This document shows, piece by piece, positions 56,588 to 64,000 of a DNA stretch of 64,000 bases. Within the stretch, counting starts at the first letter, position 1, and each line of letters opens with the position of its first letter. The stretch lies in IMG/VR virus record IMGVR_UViG_3300044655_000391; one strand, 5' to 3'. The stretch is from an uncultured virus (IMG/VR IMGVR_UViG_3300044655_000391). Its lineage: Duplodnaviria > Heunggongvirae > Uroviricota > Caudoviricetes. A program made the translations under genes and the position numbers. The notes under the pieces are model-generated. The model had not been told where the DNA came from and did no database searches. It saw only the letters and a list, made by a program, of their open reading frames with translations.

Positions 56588-58806
56588 TGCCATTACAAAA
56601 ATTAACATATAGAGCTGGAGTTAACCGTGAAGGAACCGACTACTCAAACGAGGGTGGTTTCTATGACGGTGATAAAGTACGTTTCCGTTCAGGCCAAGCT
56701 GAAAAGATTGGTGGCTGGGTACAAGTAGACACAGATCAGTTTGAAGGTATTGCACGTTCATTATGGACATGGACTGGCGCTAATGGATTATCAAATTACT
56801 TATCTCTAGGTACAAGTAAAAAATACTACATATTCTTTGGTGGTATTTACTATGATATTACACCTATTGTTCAAACAGATGGCACAGCATTAGCTCCTCC
56901 AAATCAATTAGCGGCAAGTCCAATCTCTACAGTATCTGGATCTAACGTAGTGACTATTACAGATGGTAATTACAATCCAGCTATTGGTGATTACGTTACG
57001 GTCACGTCTACATCAGCTGTTGGTGGATTAACCATCAGTGGTGAGTACGTTGTTAATACTGTACCTTCTACAACTACATTTACTATTTTAGCTGCATCAA
57101 ACGCATCATCTACAGCAAGTGGTGGTGGCACAGTTACATTAGCATTTCAATACCCTATTGGTAATGATGTTTCAACAATTGGTACTGGATGGGGTGCTGG
57201 AACATGGTGCGGTGCTATTGCCACTACAGGCACTACCTTAACTAATCCATTTGATACAATCAACACAAGCACTACAGTATCAGTAAATCAAACTGCTCAC
57301 GGACTTACCTCTGGCGATTGGATATATTTTAGCTCTGTACAAAATAATGTTTCAGGTATTCTGAATACTATATTACAGCAAGCATTTCAAGTAACTGTAG
57401 TCAATCCAAATAAATATACTATATCAACTGTATTTGCATCTCAAAGCTATCCAGCTAACGCTACAGCATCTGGCCTTGGTGGAACTGTTGTAGTTAGAAT
57501 ACCAGTCTCTGCTACTCGTGGCTGGGGAACTGGCTTTACATCTGGTATTGCACAACAATTAAGACTTTGGTCTCAAGACAATTACGGTTCTAACTTAGCT
57601 TATGCTCCTCGTGGTGGCCCAATATTCTATTGGCTAGATGTATCAGGCGTATCAGTTCGTGGCGCATACTTATCTAAATTATCCACTGATGCAGGATTTA
57701 GTGGTGCTTTTGTACCAAAAACAACCAGTCAAATTTTAACTTCAGCTACAGAACAGTTTTTAATTGCTTTAGGCTCTAATTCATATGAAGTAGGAAATGC
57801 TAATACAGCATTTAATCCTATGATTGTAAGATGGTCTGACCAAGGTAATCCATATCAATGGGTTCCAGAAACAACAAATCAATCTGGTGAATTTACATTA
57901 GCAAATGGTTCGTTTATTGTGACAGGCATTACAACCCGTCAAGAAATTTTGATATGGACTAATTCTTGCTTGTATTCTATGCAGTATGTTGGATATCCTT
58001 ACGTATGGTCTTTCCAAGTGCTGATGGATAATATTTCTATCATTGCTCCTAACGCAGCTGTTACAGTTAATAATGTGACTTACTGGATGGGTAAAGATAA
58101 GTTCTATCAATATACTGGTGTGGTTTCAACATTACCTTGCTCACTCCGTCAATTCATATTTGAAGATATTAATATTGATCAAGCATTCCAAATATTCTCT
58201 GGATCTAATGAAGGATACAATGAGGTATGGTGGTTCTATGTAAGTCAAAATAGTGGCGGCACTACAGTAGACCGTTATGTTATTTATAACTATGTAGACA
58301 AGGTATGGTCATATGGTACTATGGCAAGAACAGCTTGGTTACAATATGGTATCCAACCAAATCCAGTAGCCGCTGATTACAATAGAAGACTTTTATACCA
58401 TGAGGTAGGAAACGATGATGTATCTACAAACAGCCCACAACCTATTGAAGCCTATATCCAATCTTCTGATTTTGGTATTGAGGCTGGCGAGCATCTTGGT
58501 TTTGTATGGCGTATGTTGCCTGATGTCAATTTTAATGGTTCAAGTGTTAATGCACCTTCCGTTACAATGACATTGTTTGGCCGTCAAAATTCTGGATCTT
58601 CTCAAGAGCCTTCAGATGTTGATACGGTAACTAGCGGACAAAACTATTCAACAGTAACTCAATATATTATTCCTAAATTTACAGGACAAGTTTATACAAG
58701 GCTAAGAGCTCGTCAAATGGCATTTGAAATTAGATCTACAGATCTTGGTGTAGCTTGGCAATTAGGTATCCCTCGTATTGATGTTAAGCCAGACGGAAAA
58801 CGCTAA
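56587..58806 (+). CDS. Tail tubular B / P22 gp10-like stabilization protein
   Basis: Large beta-propeller-like protein, VRWSDQ, ends KPDGKR; precedes ejection genes. Confidence 0.7.
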   Translation: MPLQKLTYRAGVNREGTDYSNEGGFYDGDKVRFRSGQAEKIGGWVQVDTDQFEGIARSLWTWTGANGLSNYLSLGTSKKYYIFFGGIYYDITPIVQTDGTALAPPNQLAASPISTVSGSNVVTITDGNYNPAIGDYVTVTSTSAVGGLTISGEYVVNTVPSTTTFTILAASNASSTASGGGTVTLAFQYPIGNDVSTIGTGWGAGTWCGAIATTGTTLTNPFDTINTSTTVSVNQTAHGLTSGDWIYFSSVQNNVSGILNTILQQAFQVTVVNPNKYTISTVFASQSYPANATASGLGGTVVVRIPVSATRGWGTGFTSGIAQQLRLWSQDNYGSNLAYAPRGGPIFYWLDVSGVSVRGAYLSKLSTDAGFSGAFVPKTTSQILTSATEQFLIALGSNSYEVGNANTAFNPMIVRWSDQGNPYQWVPETTNQSGEFTLANGSFIVTGITTRQEILIWTNSCLYSMQYVGYPYVWSFQVLMDNISIIAPNAAVTVNNVTYWMGKDKFYQYTGVVSTLPCSLRQFIFEDINIDQAFQIFSGSNEGYNEVWWFYVSQNSGGTTVDRYVIYNYVDKVWSYGTMARTAWLQYGIQPNPVAADYNRRLLYHEVGNDDVSTNSPQPIEAYIQSSDFGIEAGEHLGFVWRMLPDVNFNGSSVNAPSVTMTLFGRQNSGSSQEPSDVDTVTSGQNYSTVTQYIIPKFTGQVYTRLRARQMAFEIRSTDLGVAWQLGIPRIDVKPDGKR

Positions 58807-59666
58807 TGGCTAATATAGCGACAATAAGAAATACCGTAGCACCTAGCTTACCTATTGCTATGACTGACTATAGTCAGCAATATACAGATCAATACTCAAA
58901 TATCTTGCGTTTGTATTTTAACCAATTAGATAACTTTACTAGAGCACTTACGGCATCTGGCGGTGGTTCAGCGTTAAGCTTTCCTAATGGTGCATTTCAT
59001 CAGGACGGATATACTACTTTAACTAATGCCATTCCTAATAGTTCTTCAACAGCGACTATTGTTGTAGCCTCAACCGCTAACTTTGCATCCGCTGGCACGA
59101 TTCTGATTGGTAAAGAATTAATTAGTTATACAGGCAAAACTGCCACTTCATTTACAGGAATTACCCGTTCAGAGTACGGCTCTAGTGGCGCTGCTCATTC
59201 TGCTGGAGTTTATGTAACTGAAGCCCAGGCAGTGCCATCTGCAACTACTGCTTTACAAGTCCCATTTGATACAACAGATGTCAGCAATCAGATAGCTCTA
59301 GACCCCGCAGATAACACTAAAATTGTATTTGCCGTAGCTGGTTATTACAACATACAGTTTAGCGCTCAGCTTCTAAACCCCAAGAGTTTAATAGATAACG
59401 TATCTTTTTGGTTTAGAAAAAATACAAATGACATACCAAATACAGCTGGTGTTTCTACGGTTCCAATAGGACCTGGTGCTAATTTAGGCGCTACATTAAC
59501 CGCTTGGAATATAGTAGTACCTCTAAATGCTGGGGATAACGTTCAGTTAATGATGAGTTCAGTTTCTGGGGATACGGTAATTGGTACGTACCCTCCTGGC
59601 ACAGCTCCAGTTAGCCCAGCTTCTCCAGCTGTAATTCTTACTGCAACATTTGTATCAGCATTGTAG
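58806..59666 (+). CDS. Tail-associated protein
   Basis: NILRLYFNQLD N-terminus; C1q-like C-terminus (GYYNIQFSAQ). Confidence 0.6.
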   Translation: MANIATIRNTVAPSLPIAMTDYSQQYTDQYSNILRLYFNQLDNFTRALTASGGGSALSFPNGAFHQDGYTTLTNAIPNSSSTATIVVASTANFASAGTILIGKELISYTGKTATSFTGITRSEYGSSGAAHSAGVYVTEAQAVPSATTALQVPFDTTDVSNQIALDPADNTKIVFAVAGYYNIQFSAQLLNPKSLIDNVSFWFRKNTNDIPNTAGVSTVPIGPGANLGATLTAWNIVVPLNAGDNVQLMMSSVSGDTVIGTYPPGTAPVSPASPAVILTATFVSAL

Positions 59667-59744
59667 TAGCAATAAAGGTGATAAAAAGCAATGATTTTTA
59701 GTAGAAATAGTTTAAAATGTCAATATTAACATTATGGTGAAATT

Positions 59745-61322
59745 ATGAGTCTAGCACTAGCCGCCAAACATCTCGAATCCCAAGGTCGTAATAAGGACAG
59801 TAAACTCGTCCATATGACCCCTGATGAGCTACGTGCTCTTAATAAACTATCGTTAGACCATGTTGGTAAACCTTTATCAACTAACCCTAAAACAGGCCTT
59901 CCTGAAGCTGGTTTCCTAAGCTCATTATTACCTACTGTAGCTGGTATTGCTGGTGCAGCTATGGGTATTCCATTGCCACTTTTGGCAGGTGGTGTAGGGC
60001 TTTTAAGTTATGCAATGACAGGCGATATTGGCCAAGGTATTATGGCTGGTCTTGGTGCATGGTCAGGTGGTAAATTAGGCGCAGATATTAGGGGTGCAGC
60101 AGATTTAGCTCAGGTGGGTGGAAATTCAGCAGCTGCTGCATCAGATGCCGCAGCAAGAGCAGCATTAGATACTTCTGTATATAGCCCAATCAGCACTATG
60201 GGTGCACCCTCTATGTTGGGCACACCTTCTTTAATAGACGCAACTGGTGGACTGGCTAACATAGGCGCTGCAGGAACTACAAATGCTTTAGGTCAAACAA
60301 TCGCACCTCAAATGGCTCAAAAAATTGTTGGCTCTGGATTTAGTGCTGCACCTTCAAATTGGGATACGTTTACTAAAGGTGTTCAAGGTGTAATGGATAA
60401 GCCTGGTGAATTTTTTGCTCGTGATGGGGTAAAATTAAATACAGCTATGGCAGCAGCTCCATTAGTGTTTGGTGCATTACAACCAGATCTTCCAAAATTA
60501 TCAGGCGAAAAAGAACCAGAAAATCCATTTGGTTTTAAAAAGCTAAGTAAAGATTTTAAAGGCTCATTCCCAAGCCAACCTAACCCATATTACACAGCAC
60601 AATACCCAGACTATAGGGCTAAACCATACGGATCAGCAGATGGCGGACTTATGGGTATTGATAGATATAAATCTAAAGGCAAGGTAGATGTAGAAAAACA
60701 ATTACGCTCTATAGAAACAATGAATAAAGGTGTTAATTTAATGTCACCCACACCAGATGGATATGCTCCAATCAATCCTCGTGATCCAGGTGATGCTATG
60801 GGTGGCCCAGGAATAATTCCCTATGAACAAGAATATGCAGGTTTAAGCGCAGATCAAAGAGCTTACGCTATGATGAAAAACCTAAGAAAGAAAACATTAA
60901 AAGATGATTTAGCAACTGGTCTTCAACCAGTTGGCGCATTGGGAGAACTTGATCTAATGCCAGTGATGCAAAAACAAGCTATGTTAGAAGCACAAGCTAA
61001 AAACCAAATTGCACAAGAAGCTAAACGTGGTGGCTTGATGGATAGTCATTTAGGTGATTACTCAGATGGTGGTCGTTTATTAAAAGGACCAGGCGATGGT
61101 GTATCTGACTCAATACCTGCTACAATAGGCGGCAAACAAGCTGCAAGATTAGCTGAAGGTGAATTTGTTATTCCAGCAAGAATTGTATCTGAATTAGGTA
61201 ACGGCTCTACAGACGCTGGCGCTAAACGTTTATATGCCATGATGGATCGTGTCAAGGCTAAACGTAGAAAAGCTAAAGATATAGCAGCAGATACTAAAGC
61301 ATATAAATTATTACCAGTATAG
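59745..61322 (+). CDS. Internal virion / DNA ejection protein
   Basis: GRNKD..LVHM...NPKTGLPEA, hydrophobic Gly/Ala stretch, GPGDGVSDSIPA...LAEGEFVI. Confidence 0.7.
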   Translation: MSLALAAKHLESQGRNKDSKLVHMTPDELRALNKLSLDHVGKPLSTNPKTGLPEAGFLSSLLPTVAGIAGAAMGIPLPLLAGGVGLLSYAMTGDIGQGIMAGLGAWSGGKLGADIRGAADLAQVGGNSAAAASDAAARAALDTSVYSPISTMGAPSMLGTPSLIDATGGLANIGAAGTTNALGQTIAPQMAQKIVGSGFSAAPSNWDTFTKGVQGVMDKPGEFFARDGVKLNTAMAAAPLVFGALQPDLPKLSGEKEPENPFGFKKLSKDFKGSFPSQPNPYYTAQYPDYRAKPYGSADGGLMGIDRYKSKGKVDVEKQLRSIETMNKGVNLMSPTPDGYAPINPRDPGDAMGGPGIIPYEQEYAGLSADQRAYAMMKNLRKKTLKDDLATGLQPVGALGELDLMPVMQKQAMLEAQAKNQIAQEAKRGGLMDSHLGDYSDGGRLLKGPGDGVSDSIPATIGGKQAARLAEGEFVIPARIVSELGNGSTDAGAKRLYAMMDRVKAKRRKAKDIAADTKAYKLLPV

Positions 61323-61331
61323 GACAAGATT

Positions 61332-61976
61332 ATGGGTATGGGTAGCGGAGTAGGTGGATCAGGTAAAGGCGGTGGCCAAGCTACTAGCAATGGTCAGCCA
61401 GTATATTATGATTCAACAAAAAACCAATACTACACAACAAACAACTCAGGATCATCAGGTAATCTTTTAACATCTATATTGGGTGGAATGGTTGGACAAA
61501 CAGATAGAAATTACTTAGGTAATTCTTTAAATACTAATAATTTCCAGCAATCCACATCTGAACCAAAAGTATATAATGCATCATATCCACAACCTACTGG
61601 AGAAGCATTTAACAATGGCGTAAATAGTGATAGCGGTTTAGCTTCTATATTAGCTGGTCTGTATAGCTCTGGTGTGTTGAATCAACAAACTACAAATCCA
61701 TATGCTCCACAAGGAACCACAGGGTCATTCAATGCAATTCCTTATGGTCAACAACAAGAGTCAATGTTTAGTCGTCCAAACGTTAACCCTTATGGTGGGT
61801 CTCAAGGACAACAATGGAATCCTTATGGTAATTACTATACATCAAGCAATACTTCTGCTGGCGGTGGTAATACCAATAATAATATAGCACCTCCACCTAG
61901 AACTACAGGGCCTGATGCTTTACAACAATTATCATTTATGATGCAAAATAACCAGAACCAAAATACACAAATATAA
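61332..61976 (+). CDS. Low-complexity Asn/Gln/Gly protein, probable internal virion protein
   Basis: GSGKGGG N-terminus; location among ejection genes. Confidence 0.55.
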   Translation: MGMGSGVGGSGKGGGQATSNGQPVYYDSTKNQYYTTNNSGSSGNLLTSILGGMVGQTDRNYLGNSLNTNNFQQSTSEPKVYNASYPQPTGEAFNNGVNSDSGLASILAGLYSSGVLNQQTTNPYAPQGTTGSFNAIPYGQQQESMFSRPNVNPYGGSQGQQWNPYGNYYTSSNTSAGGGNTNNNIAPPPRTTGPDALQQLSFMMQNNQNQNTQI

Positions 61977-62392
61977 TGGATGTATCTTTAGTACCTAAAG
62001 AATATATTGATCGTGTATGGCCAGAAATAAATGCTTACGCAGAGAAGTGTGCTAAGTATACTTATGGACGTTATACCGCAGATGATATGCGCCAAGAAGT
62101 TATTGATAATCCAGAACAGCAGTTATGGATTGCTTTCGATGAAAGAGGTATTGTAGGTTTTTGGATTACTGAAATCTATCAATATCCCAGAAAAAGAGTT
62201 TTGATGTTGCACTTTGTGGGCGGTAAAGATTTTCATAGTTGGAGAGTCGTAGGCTTTCCAATACTTGTAAGATTTTGCAAGGATCATGGATGTGAAGTTA
62301 TGGAGTCCTACGGTAGACCAGGTTGGAAGAAATTCTGGGAAGCTGAAGGATATAAGGCAAGGTTTGTTTTTTATGAATTACCAGTGGAATAA
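61976..62392 (+). CDS. GNAT-like acetyltransferase-fold protein
   Basis: QQLW...TEI..YP....GG...GRPGW; position between tail and ejection genes. Confidence 0.6.
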   Translation: MDVSLVPKEYIDRVWPEINAYAEKCAKYTYGRYTADDMRQEVIDNPEQQLWIAFDERGIVGFWITEIYQYPRKRVLMLHFVGGKDFHSWRVVGFPILVRFCKDHGCEVMESYGRPGWKKFWEAEGYKARFVFYELPVE

Positions 62393-62397
62393 AAATT

Positions 62398-64000
62398 ATG
62401 TTTAAATTATTTAATATGTTTACTTGGATCACTGATTTAGTGGACTACTTCACATTTTACGGTGGAGGTAAAGGTAAGGGTGGTGGAACACCTCCGCCTA
62501 CTCAGTCTACCAGCTATACGACTAATATTCCAGAATACGCTAAACCCTATGTAGAGAATATGCTTAATGCTACACAAGCACAAATCTATAGCTCAGATAT
62601 GGGTGGTTTTAATAAGTATGTTCCTTACTCCACTGATCCTACTAAATACGTTGCTGGCTTTTCTCCGCTACAAAGTTACGCACAATCTGGTGCAGCCAAC
62701 TTAAACCTTCCAGCTAACTATGGTTTAGCTACAGGACAGACTTTAGGCACTGGTATGCAAATGGGTGCACTTGCTCCACAAATGGGCATGGCAGGTGCTA
62801 ATTATGGAGCTATGGCTACTAATCCGTATGCTACCCAAGCCTACATGAATCCATATCTATCTGCATCTTTAGCTCCTCAACTAGCTGAAGCTCGTAGACA
62901 ATACGATATCACTGGCCAACAACAACAAGGTCAAGCGACTCGTGGTGGTGCTTTTGGTGGATCTCGTGAAGCTCTTATGGCTGCTGAAAACAGACGTAAC
63001 ATGAACACAGCTATGAATCAAATGATTGGTCAAGGTTATAACCAAGCGTTTGGTCAAGCACAACAAGCTCAACAGTTTGGTGCTAACTTAGGCCTTCAAG
63101 GTCAACAAGCTCAGCTAGGTGCATTACAAGGTCAACTTGGTGCTGCTAATCAATTGGCTGGTCTTGGCGGTCAACAACTTCAAGCTCAACAAGGTATCTT
63201 CAATCTTCAGAATCAACTTGGTCAACAACAACAAGCACAACAACAAAACATTATCAACCAAGCTATTCAAAACTACGCAACAGAACAACAATATCCATTC
63301 ATGCAATTGGGTGTTCTCAACTCTATGCTTCGTGGTTTACCAATGCAACAAAGCTCTACACAAATGTATCAAGCACCTCCAAGTGCAGTATCTCAATTGG
63401 CAGGTCTTGGCACAGCAGGTCTTGGTGCTTTAGGTATGTATAATCAAGCTACAGGTGGCAAGAGCGGTGGACTAATGGAAGTTAAGAAGATGGCCGCTGG
63501 CGGCAATGCTATTCCTATGAAGAGCTATTCTGACCCACAATTACAAAATGTAATTAAAAGTCCAGCTTCATCTATGATGGCTGATATCTATGCTCAATCA
63601 TTATTAAAAGATCGTGCTTACTTAAAGTCTAATCCTATGGCTGCTAATTTAATTAATCAGCAACAAATGCCACAAGGTATGCCACAGCAAATGCCTCAGG
63701 GAATGCCTCCAGGAATGCCACAAACACCTCCTATGCCTTCTCCAGATCAAATGGCTATGGCACCCCAAAGTAGAGTTGGTTTAGACTCTATTGGCACTGG
63801 TGAGATGACTCAAATGGCAGGTGGTGGTTTATTAGCTTTTGCTGATGGTGATGTAGTTCCATCTACAACATCTTTACCATCTATGGATCCTAACGTAATA
63901 CCTAGAAATAAAGAAGGTTATGATTGGGATACTTATATCGCACAAAAACTATCTCAAAAATATGCAGAAAGCCCAACGGTTAAAGCACAAAGAGAAGCTT
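62398..64000 (+). CDS. Internal virion / DNA transfer protein, 3'-truncated
   Basis: Manual translation MFKLFNMFTW...FYGGGKGKGGG...IPEYAKPY, later GGAFGGSR and Gln-rich; appears open to the window end. Confidence 0.7.
   Translation, partial: MFKLFNMFTWITDLVDYFTFYGGGKGKGGGTPPPTQSTSYTTNIPEYAKPYVENMLNATQAQIYSSDMGGFNKYVPYSTDPTKYVAGFSPLQSYAQSGAANLNLPANYGLATGQTLGTGMQMGALAPQMGMAGANYGAMATNPYATQAYMNPYLSASLAPQLAEARRQYDITGQQQQGQATRGGAFGGSREALMAAENRRNMNTAMNQMIGQGYNQAFGQAQQAQQFGANLGLQGQQAQLGALQGQLGAANQLAGLGGQQLQAQQGIFNLQNQLGQQQQAQQQNIINQAIQNYATEQQYPFMQLGVLNSMLRGLPMQQSSTQMYQAPPSAVSQLAGLGTAGLGALGMYNQATGGKSGGLMEVKKMAAGGNAIPMKSYSDPQLQNVIKSPASSMMADIYAQSLLKDRAYLKSNPMAANLINQQQMPQGMPQQMPQGMPPGMPQTPPMPSPDQMAMAPQSRVGLDSIGTGEMTQMAGGGLLAFADGDVVPSTTSLPSMDPNVIPRNKEGYDWDTYIAQKLSQKYAESPTVKAQREA

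Noticed and set aside
893..63433. Many short alternative-frame and antisense ORFs in the track (e.g. 16620-17024, 25081-25395, 44345-44713, 54745-55134, 61058-61390)
   Set aside because: They shadow well-supported genes and lack RBSs or recognisable motifs

Overview
This window is almost the whole genome of a tailed dsDNA phage with a podovirus-like (P22/T7-style) head, short tail and ejection-protein layout. No integrase, tRNA or CRISPR array was seen. Both ends fall inside internal-virion genes, so the genome is probably circularly permuted and only slightly longer than the window. Gene order: large polyvalent/ejection protein (1-4971); recombination and DNA-metabolism operon (5.4-11.7 kb); a minus-strand pqqA + 2OG-Fe(II) oxygenase pair (11.7-12.4 kb); a non-coding island with two sigma70 promoters driving candidate RNAs (12.6-13.1 kb); helicase/primase (14.7-17.1 kb); a minus-strand early region of tiny acidic proteins (17.1-24.1 kb); terminases, portal and capsid (24.5-34 kb); small basic head proteins, adaptors and a multi-cassette tail-fibre array with two homing endonucleases (34-53 kb); lysis genes (55-56.6 kb); tail and ejection proteins (56.6-64 kb). 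Main findings: (1) a phage-encoded PQQ precursor peptide, pointing to a Methylophilaceae host; (2) a candidate coordinated entry programme made of a 12-kb GTAC-free segment next to terS, four RNase III-like hairpins, five paralogous small acidic proteins and a small RNA whose pyrimidine loops match early-gene ribosome-binding sites; (3) a shared [MYF][AK]xGG motif in small head-cluster proteins and ejection proteins; (4) an ATT-initiated tail gene; (5) a GIY-YIG endonuclease that duplicated the 3' end of its target gene. All family assignments come from motif recognition by eye; no searches were run.
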